A stretch of DNA of 64,000 nucleotides from Candidatus Poribacteria bacterium (GCA_963665235.2 CAXXLX010000001.1:2080001-2144000), one strand, 5' to 3'. Counted from the first letter of the stretch, positions 39,947-50,441 are shown. The notes: a model not told the origin generated them from the letters alone. Translations and numbers: made by a program.

Positions 39947-40813
39947 CTACTCCTCGCTGCTATCTCTGAAATCATCGAGCTGCTGTTGAAAAAGCGAGAG
40001 TTCCACTTTCGCCTTCTCAGGCTTCGTATCTATCTCTTCGCCAAGTGCTTGCAATCTCGGTTCCTGTTGTGCTATCAGAGCGTTAGTTCTATCGACCTTC
40101 TCCTTAACGCGCATAATATCTTCGTAATGCGTCTCCGGCTTGTCGCAAAGTATCATGAGTTCGCGATACGCCTTGATTCCCCGGTCTAATTGGGTCAACC
40201 TGCCACTGATATGTGTGAGTCCGGCGCGATACCGCTCTATGTCAGCATTTGTAAAAAAACCGGTGAGTGTCTCTAAGGTTTCATTCAGTTGGTTAAGCTG
40301 AATCTGCTTTTCTGACCAGAGTATCTTTTTTGCGATGCCATCCGCACTATCTTCGTCTATGACAACGGCAGTGTCTCTCAGGTTTCGCTGGAGTTGTCCA
40401 TCCAAACTGCCTAAGGCCGCTTGTAAATTCCTGACATGCTTTCTAAATTCTTCGCAGTAATTCTGCAATTCAGGAAGTTTGTTATAGAGGCCTTGATATT
40501 TCTGCTGTAGTTCCTCAACTTTTAAGATATAAGAGGGGTACTGAATTTTAAGTTCTTTTGAAATATCAAATTTCAGTTTCCGTAATTTAGTCGGGCTCAC
40601 TGCTGGCCTTTCTATGATCATGAGCCCATATAATATCGCGAGGCTCCCCACTACTGAAACGGTAAGACCCCCTAACAGTAGGAGCGGCTCTGTCGTCTGA
40701 ATCACTGTCCAGAGTCCTATTATCTCGATGAAGAGCCCGCTGCCGATGAATATCGCGGGGTAGGACACATCTTTAGCACTTTCATCTTTGGAGCTCATAT
40801 TTTCCTCCTTCAC
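39947..40813 (-). CDS. Hypothetical protein, two TM helices plus coiled coil
   Basis: Hydrophobic N-terminus and heptad-rich C-terminus. Confidence 0.65.
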   Translation of the reverse strand: MKEENMSSKDESAKDVSYPAIFIGSGLFIEIIGLWTVIQTTEPLLLLGGLTVSVVGSLAILYGLMIIERPAVSPTKLRKLKFDISKELKIQYPSYILKVEELQQKYQGLYNKLPELQNYCEEFRKHVRNLQAALGSLDGQLQRNLRDTAVVIDEDSADGIAKKILWSEKQIQLNQLNETLETLTGFFTNADIERYRAGLTHISGRLTQLDRGIKAYRELMILCDKPETHYEDIMRVKEKVDRTNALIAQQEPRLQALGEEIDTKPEKAKVELSLFQQQLDDFRDSSEE

Positions 40814-40831
40814 CGGGTGTCGGTATGTAAG

Positions 40832-41362
40832 TTACGGAGCTTCAGCTAGAAGCGCGTCAATCTGCTTTTTAAGTTCGGCATACATTTCAGGTTTGAAATT
40901 CGCCTTACGGTGGAACACGATTATTCCCTTTGATGAAATAAGATAGAGGTTCGGTTTCTTCTTTTCTGTCTGATACTCTTGATGCACTTCACCTTTCCAA
41001 TCGAGCAGGAACGGGAGCGGTGGCGGTTTTTTCCGGAGTTGGTGTCGGATAAACCGTTTCGGTATGAAACCGGGTACACTGCGCAAATCGGCGATGATAT
41101 AAGCAGCGATGCGTTTATCTTTCTTATAGTCTTTCTGAAACGCCTCTGCCCATTTATCGTCCTCTTTCCGGATTTTCCGATTTCCCATAATCAGAAAAAC
41201 GGGTTTGCCGCGCATTTTCTTCAGGATGTGCGGTTTCTCTTCAACATCTTGGAGTGTAAAATCTGGTGCCGTGTCGCCTACTGTTGGCGGTTCATCCTTT
41301 GCGAAAATTGCTATACCCCCTAACAGCGCGAAAATTCCCAGATATGTTATTAGTTTCATCAT
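40832..41362 (-). CDS. Secreted redoxin-fold protein without cysteines
   Basis: VGDTAPDFTLQD..RGKPV. No CxxC. Confidence 0.7.
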   Translation of the reverse strand: MMKLITYLGIFALLGGIAIFAKDEPPTVGDTAPDFTLQDVEEKPHILKKMRGKPVFLIMGNRKIRKEDDKWAEAFQKDYKKDKRIAAYIIADLRSVPGFIPKRFIRHQLRKKPPPLPFLLDWKGEVHQEYQTEKKKPNLYLISSKGIIVFHRKANFKPEMYAELKKQIDALLAEAP

Positions 41363-41394
41363 ACTTTTATTTTATCACAATTTTTAAATGGATG

Positions 41395-41601
41395 TCAAGC
41401 ATCGTAACCTGCGTCTTCTAAAAACGCCTTGAGCGTTCCGAGCTTCGTTGTTTCTTCTAATTGAATTTCAATGACTTCCAGAAGATTTTTTCGTGCTTCT
41501 TCAATGTCCCTGCCGCAACTCACGACATCCAACTCCGGGCAGTAGGCAGTATACATATTGCCTTCTTTCCAAATTTCCTCCGTTACCACTAAATTTTTCA
41601 T
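41395..41601 (-). CDS. HicB-like antitoxin domain protein
   Basis: GGAGG RBS. YTAYCPELDVVSCGRDIEEARKNL. Confidence 0.75.
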   Translation of the reverse strand: MKNLVVTEEIWKEGNMYTAYCPELDVVSCGRDIEEARKNLLEVIEIQLEETTKLGTLKAFLEDAGYDA

Positions 41602-41714
41602 CGCAGCCTCCATATTTGCAAGATTAGAATTGTTTATAGTATCCATCATCATAAAGTATACACGCAAAATTTAGAAAACGCAACCGATTTAAATTTCCGC
41701 CTCATACAATTGAT

Positions 41715-41743
41715 TTGACATCCGAGCTTTAACATGGTATCAT
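41715..41743 (+). promoter_or_regulatory. Sigma70 promoter
   Basis: TTGACA-17-TATCAT with extended TG. Confidence 0.6.
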
Positions 41744-41812
41744 TATCCTATAAGAACGTATTGACCAAAACCGACAGACAATTGAGAGAGAATTCTAGCA
41801 GATAAAAAAACA

Positions 41813-42271
41813 ATGCGAACGTTTGTAGAACTTTTCATCCGATGTATCCACCTCACCGTAGCCGTGGTCTGGGTCGGAGGAGTCATGTTTTCAGCCTTGA
41901 TTGCAATGCCGGTATTTCGGCAAAACCTACCGGCACAAGACCTGTTAGAAATTCACAATCGGTTTCGCCACTGGATTCGATTGATGATTCATGTGCTGCT
42001 AATTACAGGGGGAATGGTGATTTTTATCGTTGCATGGAATAACGACATGCAATTGAAGGCAACGTATATGGTATACGCCGTTGCAAAGCTCGCAGCATTC
42101 GGCTTCCTAGCACTGTTTTGGGGACTCTACAGTTCACTCTATCGGCGGCACCTTGAAAGCGCACCCCCTGACCATAAAATTACGGTGCCGCGTCATATCA
42201 ATATTTTCGGGTATTTGACACTTTTTTCAGGATTCATAGTATTTGCACTTGCATTGCAGTTGAAAAATTAA
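41813..42271 (+). CDS. CopD-like 4-TM membrane protein
   Basis: HLTVAVVWVGG motif and AKL in the third helix. Confidence 0.65.
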   Translation: MRTFVELFIRCIHLTVAVVWVGGVMFSALIAMPVFRQNLPAQDLLEIHNRFRHWIRLMIHVLLITGGMVIFIVAWNNDMQLKATYMVYAVAKLAAFGFLALFWGLYSSLYRRHLESAPPDHKITVPRHINIFGYLTLFSGFIVFALALQLKN

Positions 42272-42298
42272 AGGACAACAAACATTCTGAACCAACGC

Positions 42299-43603
42299 AT
42301 GGAAAAAACAAAAGTTCAAGCAGTTTCATGGAATATAACGAGATTGTGCAATCTGAAATGTATGCACTGCTATCTCCCCGCCGGATTTGTGGACACTAAC
42401 GAGTTTCCGCAAGGGTATCATAGAGATACCGAGTTAAGTCAATCTGAGTGTTTTCGAATCATTGACGAGATAGCGGAGATTAATCCCCATATTCTTCTCA
42501 TCCTCACCGGAGGCGAACCTTTATTACGTCCGGATATCTTGGAGATTTCGCAGTACGCTTCGGATACCGGGTTTCTTGTCGTGATGGGCACAAACGGTGT
42601 TTTGCTAAACGATGCAGTGGTTGAGAAGATGCAAAAGCACGGGGTTACGGGTGCAGGTTTAAGCCTAGATTCTATCCAACCCGCAAATCACGACCGGTTT
42701 CGAGGGATGGAAGGCGCGTGGGAGGCAACGATGAACGGGGTTGAGGCACTCAAACGTGCCCAGCTCGATTTTCTCGTCCAAACCTCTGTGACGCAGTGGA
42801 ATTATGACGAAATCCCGCAGATTGTAGAATACGCGTATCAGTTAGGCGCGAAGGTGCTGAATCTCTATTTTCTCGTCCGAACCGGAAGGGGCAAAACCGT
42901 AATGGACATTACACCTGCCCAATATGAACAGATGCTTGAGACGATGTTCCAACTACAAGCTGAGTATAGCGGAAAGCTGCTCATCGCCGCAAAATGCGCG
43001 CCGCATTATAAACGCGTTATCTATGAACAGCAGTCCGATTCCGCATTCCTTCAGGGCTATCCGAGTGGCACGTGTCCGTGTGGCATCTATTATTGTCGCA
43101 TCAGTCCTGAAGGTGAACTGACCCCCTGCCCATATCTTCCCACAAGTGTTGGCAATCTCAAAGAGGAGAGTTTCGTTAAACTCTGGAATGAATCGGAAAC
43201 TTTTCAGGCGTTACGAAATCGGAATCTACTTGAAGGAAAATGTGGCTTGTGTGAATTCAGGGAGGTGTGTGGCGGTTGTAGAGCACGGGCTTATGCGACA
43301 ACCGGCAACTATCTCGCAGCGGATGAATCTTGTGAATATGAACCGGGGCAGACAGGCCAACAACCTGTTCAATTGCAGGAACGGACCGCCTTCGCTGCAG
43401 AACCCGATTACGACTTGAAATGGAACGATGCAGCGGAACAGCGGTTGAAACGTGTGCCCTCGTTTGCACGCGGCATGGTTATCAAAAGCGTTGAGAAATA
43501 CGCACGCGAACACGGGTATCGCGAAATAACCCCTGAGCTCATGAAGGCGGTCAAAAAGCGGTTCGATAAGACAGGCATACCCTCTTTCCGACCGCGCCGC
43601 TAA
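42299..43603 (+). CDS. Radical SAM/SPASM protein (AhbD/NirJ-like) with C-terminal PCP_red domain
   Basis: WNITRLCNLKCMHCY, LTGGEPL, CAPHY, PCPY, CGLC..CGGCRARA. Tail WNDAAEQRLKRVPSFARGMV. Confidence 0.85.
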   Translation: MEKTKVQAVSWNITRLCNLKCMHCYLPAGFVDTNEFPQGYHRDTELSQSECFRIIDEIAEINPHILLILTGGEPLLRPDILEISQYASDTGFLVVMGTNGVLLNDAVVEKMQKHGVTGAGLSLDSIQPANHDRFRGMEGAWEATMNGVEALKRAQLDFLVQTSVTQWNYDEIPQIVEYAYQLGAKVLNLYFLVRTGRGKTVMDITPAQYEQMLETMFQLQAEYSGKLLIAAKCAPHYKRVIYEQQSDSAFLQGYPSGTCPCGIYYCRISPEGELTPCPYLPTSVGNLKEESFVKLWNESETFQALRNRNLLEGKCGLCEFREVCGGCRARAYATTGNYLAADESCEYEPGQTGQQPVQLQERTAFAAEPDYDLKWNDAAEQRLKRVPSFARGMVIKSVEKYAREHGYREITPELMKAVKKRFDKTGIPSFRPRR

Positions 43604-43650
43604 AGCGTCGTTAAAGAGAAACCCGACAGCTACAAACAGAGGAAATTTGC

Positions 43651-44370
43651 ATGCTAACAGAAAAACAGGTAACATTTTTTCAGGAAAATGGATACCTTAT
43701 CCTTGAAAACGTCATTGATACAGAAGTAATTGAGGAGTGGCGAGAACAGATTTGGAAACATTTCAATTCCAGCTTGGAAACGCCAGAGACATGGCCCGAC
43801 GATTACGTGGTGCAAAACTTCGGTTTCTCGCCACAGTTCGGACAATTGCCGGTGATGCAAGAGGTTATCCAGCAATTCAGCGGGGGTGAATTTACAGGAG
43901 GCGGCGGCTCGCCGCTTGTAAAATGGCCCAAAGCGGACGAGGACTGGAAAATGCCCGGGAGCGGACATATTGATGCTTACGGGCCCGGCGGATGGAGCCC
44001 GTTTATGCTAGGCGCGACCACCTATCTATACGATGTTGAACCTGGCGGCGGGGCTTTCATCTATTGGCCGAAAAGCCATCACACGACGCACGAATACTTC
44101 CTCAAATATCCTGAGCAGGTTGATGGAAGCTTCAGGGATATCGAGGGGTGGGGATGGCATACATTTTCAGATTTATCCCCGGAGGGTCCGCGTGAATTTA
44201 TCGGCGCGGCGGGAGATATTGTGTTATGGCACGCTTATCTGTGTCATACAGGCTCCGCCAATGTGAGAGACGTTCCGCGCGTCGGCATATTTGCACGCTA
44301 CCACCATAAACGCCGTGAAGAAATTAGATATGAAATCCCAGACAATCTTTGGAAATATTGGACAGTTTAA
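43651..44370 (+). CDS. Phytanoyl-CoA dioxygenase (PhyH) family protein
   Basis: FFQENGYL, HID, AGDIVLWH..H..S.N..R. Confidence 0.82.
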   Translation: MLTEKQVTFFQENGYLILENVIDTEVIEEWREQIWKHFNSSLETPETWPDDYVVQNFGFSPQFGQLPVMQEVIQQFSGGEFTGGGGSPLVKWPKADEDWKMPGSGHIDAYGPGGWSPFMLGATTYLYDVEPGGGAFIYWPKSHHTTHEYFLKYPEQVDGSFRDIEGWGWHTFSDLSPEGPREFIGAAGDIVLWHAYLCHTGSANVRDVPRVGIFARYHHKRREEIRYEIPDNLWKYWTV

Positions 44371-44379
44371 GGAGAATAT

Positions 44380-44796
44380 ATGAGCAACGAGCAAGTTAAC
44401 GTTCAAGAGCGTCTCACGAATGTTGAAGACCGTTTGGCACGTTTGGAAAGTCTGCTTACCAACATCAATGAAAAGTTAAAGCCGACATCGGAAGTGAGCA
44501 CTGCGGAATCTGAAGGCACCGAAAAATTCAGACAGTGGGTGACAGATTACGTCTCTATGCGATTACAGCAACTTGTCCCGGAGACCTGTGAGCATCCGGC
44601 TGAAACTGTCGTGCAAGACGGACCTTTTCTTGACAATACGAATGTCCCTTGTACGGAAGAGGTTGTGCATCGCGTCAAACGGATTCCGATACCTTTCGTA
44701 CGGGAGATGGTTGTGCAGCGGGTTGCTGAGAATGCCCGGTCCGCACAGATTGAACGCGTAGACATTACGTTTTTTGAAAAAGCGGCTACGTTCTGA
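44380..44796 (+). CDS. Coiled-coil plus PCP_red-like domain protein
   Basis: RVKRIPIPFVREMVVQRV resembles the tail of 42299. Confidence 0.6.
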   Translation: MSNEQVNVQERLTNVEDRLARLESLLTNINEKLKPTSEVSTAESEGTEKFRQWVTDYVSMRLQQLVPETCEHPAETVVQDGPFLDNTNVPCTEEVVHRVKRIPIPFVREMVVQRVAENARSAQIERVDITFFEKAATF

Positions 44797-44898
44797 CAGT
44801 GTGAAGCCACGGAGGAGTTCCCTCTGCCTAATTTTGATTGGAAGGACTTCTTAAAGGCTCCTAATTTGTAACGTCTATATCACTCATGAGAGGCAAGT

Positions 44899-45486
44899 AT
44901 GTCATCCATTGGTGCACAAACCTATTTCACACCGGCGGAATATCTCGTCTGGGAACGGAAGGCAGCGGTCAAAAGCGAATATCTCAGCGGAGAGATACTC
45001 GCGATGTCCGGCGCGAGCCTTGCACATACGCGCATCACGTTGGATATAGCTACCGAATTAAATATTCAATTAAGAGGGCGCGAATGTGAAGTCGTCACCA
45101 ACGATATGCGTGTCAAAACTAGCCCGCAGGTCGCCTATTTCTATCCGGATGTCCTCGTCTTTTGCGGCGAACCTCAATTTGAAGACGATGCCTTTGACAC
45201 ACTTCTCAATCCTGTCACCATCATAGAGGTGCTTTCACCCTCAACCGAAACGTATGACCGGACAGAGAAATTTGAATATTACCAGCAATTGGTATCCCTG
45301 AAAGAATATGTCCTCGTTTCACAGGACAAGGTCCACGTTGAACACTATTGTCGTCAAAGCACGGAGTGGGTGCTGAAAGAATTCCGCAGACTTCAAGACG
45401 CACTGACGTTTTCCACAATCGGATGCGAGCTCTCTTTGCGCGACATTTACAGACGCATTTCGTTGGTGGACTCGCCTTCGGTGTAA
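44899..45486 (+). CDS. Uma2 family endonuclease-like protein
   Basis: EYLSGEILAMSGAS..H, YPDV, EVLSPST..D..K..Y. Confidence 0.9.
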   Translation: MSSIGAQTYFTPAEYLVWERKAAVKSEYLSGEILAMSGASLAHTRITLDIATELNIQLRGRECEVVTNDMRVKTSPQVAYFYPDVLVFCGEPQFEDDAFDTLLNPVTIIEVLSPSTETYDRTEKFEYYQQLVSLKEYVLVSQDKVHVEHYCRQSTEWVLKEFRRLQDALTFSTIGCELSLRDIYRRISLVDSPSV

Positions 45487-45505
45487 CTTTAGGAGAACAC
45501 AGCGC

Positions 45506-45880
45506 ATGGAATGGGTTTTCAATACGTTCTCAGAATACCTTGAGAACGATTTCAAAAAACGGCTTGGAAAATCGGCACCTACCCCCGCTGACCTCTGGAA
45601 AGCGTTTCAGGTGCTTTTTCCAGCGACTTCCGCTCGACTTTTAGTCCAAGAGCCGGTCGGGAACACCGTCAGATTTAAGCCGCTCGCTTTCTACTACGCA
45701 GACGAAATGGGCCCTCTCATTGAATCACCTTTGGATTACCTGAAACAACATTTCGGCGGCGGTAAATTCAAAATCAATTTCTATCACGGCATGCAGTTCA
45801 TCGGAACTATTAATTTCAAGCCTGAGGGACCTGAAATATGGCGTGATTTACCAGAATTAGAAGGAGTCGACACCTTATGA
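45506..45880 (+). CDS. Hypothetical protein
   Basis: AGGAG RBS. ATGA coupling to the next gene. Confidence 0.62.
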   Translation: MEWVFNTFSEYLENDFKKRLGKSAPTPADLWKAFQVLFPATSARLLVQEPVGNTVRFKPLAFYYADEMGPLIESPLDYLKQHFGGGKFKINFYHGMQFIGTINFKPEGPEIWRDLPELEGVDTL

Positions 45881-46314
45881 ATCAACAGGGGTTTGAAGAA
45901 TGTCCTGCCTGCGGCGATACGAGCGTCCAGCAGCTAGATGCGAATTCCTGGTTCTGCTTGGACTGTGACTGGGATAATTTGACCGCTATTGTCGCAGGCA
46001 ATGACGAACTACTCGCGTCCCTCCGTTATGGGGACATACATTCACGGCGGATTGCTGCACAAGCCTTGATTAATATCGGTGATACGGAGCGACATCTCGC
46101 CACAATTACGGATACAGAAGCACTGCTGGAAGCACTTGACGATGAAGATGCAGATGTGCGTTATTTTGTAGCGGTTGCCCTCGGCAAATTGGAGGCGAGC
46201 CCTAGCTTGAACAAACTAAAACATCTTGCACAAAACGATACCTCCGCGCTTGTGCGTGAAGGCGCGCAGACTGCTGTTGACCAGATAGAATCGCGCCACG
46301 CGTCAACCCCTTAA
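45877..46314 (+). CDS. Zn-ribbon plus HEAT-repeat protein
   Basis: CPAC..CLDC. LDDEDADVRYFVAVALG. Confidence 0.72.
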   Translation: MNQQGFEECPACGDTSVQQLDANSWFCLDCDWDNLTAIVAGNDELLASLRYGDIHSRRIAAQALINIGDTERHLATITDTEALLEALDDEDADVRYFVAVALGKLEASPSLNKLKHLAQNDTSALVREGAQTAVDQIESRHASTP

Positions 46315-46333
46315 ACGATAGGAGACATAAAAA

Positions 46334-47392
46334 ATGGAAAAAATTCAGCTCGGTTATATCGGATGCGGATTTATGGCACAAAAGGTCCACATTCCCAATT
46401 TCGCAAGCATCCCAACGTGTGAACTCGTCGCGCTCGCCGAAGTACGGACTGAACTCGGTAAAAAGGTCCAAAACCGATTTGGAATTCCACAGCTGTACCG
46501 TGACCATATTGAACTGGCACAAAATGCCGATATTGAAGCGGTAGCGGTGTCTGCCGATTTCGCTTTACAAGGGGAAATTGCCAAAGACCTCCTACTCGCC
46601 GGGAAGCACGTCTTTATGGAGAAACCGATGGCTGTCTCCATTGAACAGGCACAAACTATCGTCGATGCCTCACGACAGTCCGGTAAAAAACTGATGGTAG
46701 GTTACATGAAACGTTACGACGCTGGCAACGAGATTGTCAAAGAAAAGGTGGCACAATTTCGTGAAACAGGCGAACTCGGCCACTTGACGTACGCCCGTAA
46801 TCATGCATTCGGCGGCGATTGGGTCTGCAACCTGGATACACCTATGGACGGCACAGATGAACCGAAACCGAGCGCACCACAGAAATTCCCAGCATGGCTC
46901 CCTGAAAAATGGCGAGGCCCCTACATCGGATACCTGCAGCAGTATACACACAATATCAATCTTATGCGGTGGTTTCTCGATGCAGGAGACGACGTTACCG
47001 TTAAAGCTGTGGATTTAGATGAAAACGGGTATACAGGCGTTGTTATCTTCAATATGGCGGGGACTCGTGTCACATTGGAAACCGGGCATGTTTCGCACTA
47101 TCGCTGGGATGAGCATTCACAGCTCTATTTTCAAAACGGATGGATTCACACCTGGGCACCCCCGCTATTGTTGAAAAATACGCCCGCGGAGGTTGAAATT
47201 TACCGAGCAGGCGAAACACAGGAAATTTCACGACCCATCCCAAGACCTTCCTGGACCTGGGCATATTATAGAGAAGCGGAGCATTTTATCGCAAACCTCC
47301 GAAACCCTGAACCGTTCCGTTCCTCCGCTGAAGATACGCTAACGGATGTGAGGTTGTTTGAGGATATCTATCGCATCTTCATACAAGGGTAG
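46334..47392 (+). CDS. Gfo/Idh/MocA family oxidoreductase
   Basis: GYIGCG, GKHVFMEKP, VGYMKRYD. Confidence 0.9.
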   Translation: MEKIQLGYIGCGFMAQKVHIPNFASIPTCELVALAEVRTELGKKVQNRFGIPQLYRDHIELAQNADIEAVAVSADFALQGEIAKDLLLAGKHVFMEKPMAVSIEQAQTIVDASRQSGKKLMVGYMKRYDAGNEIVKEKVAQFRETGELGHLTYARNHAFGGDWVCNLDTPMDGTDEPKPSAPQKFPAWLPEKWRGPYIGYLQQYTHNINLMRWFLDAGDDVTVKAVDLDENGYTGVVIFNMAGTRVTLETGHVSHYRWDEHSQLYFQNGWIHTWAPPLLLKNTPAEVEIYRAGETQEISRPIPRPSWTWAYYREAEHFIANLRNPEPFRSSAEDTLTDVRLFEDIYRIFIQG

Positions 47393-48266
47393 ACGAAGCT
47401 CGCACTTCAATATCAAATCCCTCTTTGCGAATACGCTGGTTCAAGTAAACAAGGGTGATACCGATAATCCAAACTGTAAATGAAAACGCGTAGACAATGA
47501 GGTGTATACCGGTCGAAATCGCGTAAAAAAGCGGGGTGTTGCTATCAAAAGCATCTCCGAATAGTCCCCATTCAATAATCTCGATAAAATCGATGTCACT
47601 CCAAAGATTTGCTAAAATAAGTATGAAACCGACTGAAATCTCAAATATTGCATGAACTAGCGTGGACAATAAAAGGAGCACAAGTAATGTGCCAAACAGC
47701 TGCCACCATGCCCCCCTAGCGAGTTCACTACTCCGTCTCAAGGCCTGTTTTACCGTAGACTCTTCAAACATGACGGTTCCAAGGAACAAGCCCCAACGCA
47801 CCGTAAAATAAATTGCAAACGGTATGCCGATAATCGTAAGTGCCAAGGCACCTATAACTAACGACCAAACGAAAAAACACCCCAGCAATTGCCAAAACTT
47901 ATCAGTTGCTCGCTGCAAAACCGAACGAATTGTAATGTCTTCACCTAGATAGGTTGCACCGCTAATGATAGCAATCCCACCGACCCCTATAATGTAAAAA
48001 GCAACTGCAATTACGGCTATCACTAATCCCAACGGAAAAGTAGTGTCAAAGAAAAACTCGGAACGATCAAGTAAAAGATGTAATGCCAGTTCTGCACAAA
48101 CAGAAAATATGACAAGTCCTAAAAATAGCCGAAAATGCTGCCTATAGAGACTAAAAATCGTATCCAGAATATCCCCTAATCCCATCGGTTTAAGCGACTG
48201 TATTCCTGAAGTAGGTTCACTGTTGCCGGCTTGCGGCGTGTTGTTCTGTTCTAGCATGTTTCTCAC
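47379..48266 (-). CDS. Integral membrane protein
   Basis: LKPMGLGDILD..LYR, ALRRSSEL and R.RKEGFD pattern of conserved membrane proteins. Confidence 0.75.
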   Translation of the reverse strand: MRNMLEQNNTPQAGNSEPTSGIQSLKPMGLGDILDTIFSLYRQHFRLFLGLVIFSVCAELALHLLLDRSEFFFDTTFPLGLVIAVIAVAFYIIGVGGIAIISGATYLGEDITIRSVLQRATDKFWQLLGCFFVWSLVIGALALTIIGIPFAIYFTVRWGLFLGTVMFEESTVKQALRRSSELARGAWWQLFGTLLVLLLLSTLVHAIFEISVGFILILANLWSDIDFIEIIEWGLFGDAFDSNTPLFYAISTGIHLIVYAFSFTVWIIGITLVYLNQRIRKEGFDIEVRASSTLV

Positions 48267-48290
48267 CTACTGACTACCGGTTGTTGACAG

Positions 48291-49694
48291 CTATTGCTGA
48301 AAAGCGCGTTGCCGATAGAGATGCTCAAACAGATTACCCTCATGGGGACTATCCCAAGAAATCTGATTCGTCGGAATGGCTCCTAAATTCAACCTATCGA
48401 TAAGTGGCGTTGCCAGTAGGTCCTGAATGAGTTTCGCATCTTCGGTAATAACGGTAGCAACCAGTGTTCCCCCGATAGATTCAACGAGCTTCGCCGCTGG
48501 CACTTCAACGACACTCACAAATGGGAACGGGAATTCCGTATTTGCCAACGGATGCTCCGGTTCATCACACCAGATAACTGTGGGACGAAGGAAGGTGCAA
48601 CCGTCTAATTCAACGACCCGGTCACCTGTTGTTAATTCTGTTGCCCCAGCCTGTTTGAGGTGTCGGTCAATCAGGGATGAGATGCTATGAGCAGCCTTCG
48701 GATTTGCCCATGCCGCAATTCCTGCCTCCGGATGCTCAAGCGGTTTCGGTTGAATACGTGACAAGCGTTCCGCTAACGCCTCCGCCACCGCTTTCCCATG
48801 TGCTGTAACCCATACGCCGGAGGCATTAATGCATGACCTCCCGCCATTTTTGGCAACCGATTCAACGATAAGCTTAAGGTATTCCTCATAGTTTACCTGT
48901 TCCCCTTCATGGATGACGATTTTACTACGTCCTGGACCGTGAATTTCCACGCGCGGATCGTTTAGCCACGGCGCGACAGTTGAACCGCCGCCAAAGAGCA
49001 TTGAACGTCCACACCGGAATAGGATTTCGTTGGCACCGGGGTAATCGGTTGGGTAAAAGCTAAAGGCTTCGGGCGGAACCCCCGCTGCTATAAACGCTTG
49101 CACCATCCGATACGGAGTCCACGGCTCCTCTCGCCCGGGTTTTAGCACAAGGGGCACTTTTAAGGCAACAGCAGGAATCCACAGGGAATGGACACCCGGC
49201 GAATTGCTCGGCAAGATAGCACCCAGTGCATCTGTTTCACAAACGTAGCTTAACGTCCGGCCGTTTTGGATACCCCAACCGGTATCGAGAATACGCAGGT
49301 CAAGTCCGCGTGTTAAGCCGTCTAAAACTGTATCAATGTTTTCTAAAACCCCTCGAATCTTCCCCATGTTCTGTTCGCACAAGGTTTCAGGTAAGCCGGT
49401 TGTTCCAGAAACCTGTCGGAGATAGACTGTCGGAGATTGAGTGCTTCCATTAAGCGGTAGGTCAGCCGTTGTGAATAGCTGCGCAGCCGCCTTGCACATA
49501 GAAATCAACGCTTCAACGGAATGTTGTGAAAGGGTTTGCTTGTGTAGCGGCAGGTCCCGAAGGTCTTTCGCTATCAAACCCGTGTTGGCTTGACTGATTT
49601 CGACCAGCGGTTCACCTGTTTTGATGTGCGGGACGTGAACAGTTTTCAGACTTCTATAGGAACGTCCGGCGCGTAAGATTGGGATATGTAGCAT
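48291..49694 (-). CDS. Aldehyde dehydrogenase/acyl-reductase-like protein (GriD/EhpG-type)
   Basis: LPSNSPGVH, LKPGREEP, HGPGRSK, GRSCINAS, EFPFP. Confidence 0.8.
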   Translation of the reverse strand: MLHIPILRAGRSYRSLKTVHVPHIKTGEPLVEISQANTGLIAKDLRDLPLHKQTLSQHSVEALISMCKAAAQLFTTADLPLNGSTQSPTVYLRQVSGTTGLPETLCEQNMGKIRGVLENIDTVLDGLTRGLDLRILDTGWGIQNGRTLSYVCETDALGAILPSNSPGVHSLWIPAVALKVPLVLKPGREEPWTPYRMVQAFIAAGVPPEAFSFYPTDYPGANEILFRCGRSMLFGGGSTVAPWLNDPRVEIHGPGRSKIVIHEGEQVNYEEYLKLIVESVAKNGGRSCINASGVWVTAHGKAVAEALAERLSRIQPKPLEHPEAGIAAWANPKAAHSISSLIDRHLKQAGATELTTGDRVVELDGCTFLRPTVIWCDEPEHPLANTEFPFPFVSVVEVPAAKLVESIGGTLVATVITEDAKLIQDLLATPLIDRLNLGAIPTNQISWDSPHEGNLFEHLYRQRAFQQ

Positions 49695-49730
49695 TTTTTT
49701 CTCGTTAGGTTACGGCACATCGGCGCGTGC

Positions 49731-50441
49731 CTACTCCTTTGTGATTTTGGCAACCCAACCGGAGGCAGCATCACAGTAGAGAAAATCGTCTCCGTGGATG
49801 GATAAACCGTGCGGTTCAGGACAATCCTTTGGCACCTCAATTCGCTCGAGAATAGTGCCATCTTCAAGGTCAAGCTTGACGATAACTCTATCAGAGGTAT
49901 GCGTCACCCACAACCCATCCTCAACTCGGACGGTGCCGTGTGCTCTACCGTAAGGTAACGGTAAGGTGTGTTGGATTGACCAATCGGATATTTTAACCTT
50001 GTGTATCTCCTGGTTTTTTAACGTTTGAACCCAGAGATGGCCTTCATCGAAGTTGTCATATTCAACGCCGTGTGTACCGCCGCCCTCCGGGACAGGATAA
50101 CGTCCAAGGGTTTCACCGGTAGCAGGGTCGACCTTGAAAATTTCACCTGCCCCCGGTTTAGCGTCTGTCTCTCGGACAGCGCGCCACCGGTCGCCAGGGC
50201 CGTTCGCTGCTAACCAGAGCGCGCCGCCACCGAACGCCATACCGCTGGTGTTGGAGGATTCACTCGGAATATCATGGATATGTTTCGGCACCTGGTACTC
50301 CGGGTCGCATGTGATTTCGACCAAAGCGACTCTATCCGTAATCTGATCGACTATCCACAAGCCATCGGTTGTAACCTGCAATCCGTTCGGAACTGCATAA
50401 GGGGACCGGAAGACTTTCTCAATTTTTGTTGACATGTTCAA
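49731..50441 (-). CDS. Beta-propeller protein (Vgb/glutamine cyclotransferase-like)
   Basis: Repeats PNGL..LW, SGMAF..LW, HGVE..LW, PHGL. Confidence 0.65.
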   Translation of the reverse strand: MNMSTKIEKVFRSPYAVPNGLQVTTDGLWIVDQITDRVALVEITCDPEYQVPKHIHDIPSESSNTSGMAFGGGALWLAANGPGDRWRAVRETDAKPGAGEIFKVDPATGETLGRYPVPEGGGTHGVEYDNFDEGHLWVQTLKNQEIHKVKISDWSIQHTLPLPYGRAHGTVRVEDGLWVTHTSDRVIVKLDLEDGTILERIEVPKDCPEPHGLSIHGDDFLYCDAASGWVAKITKE

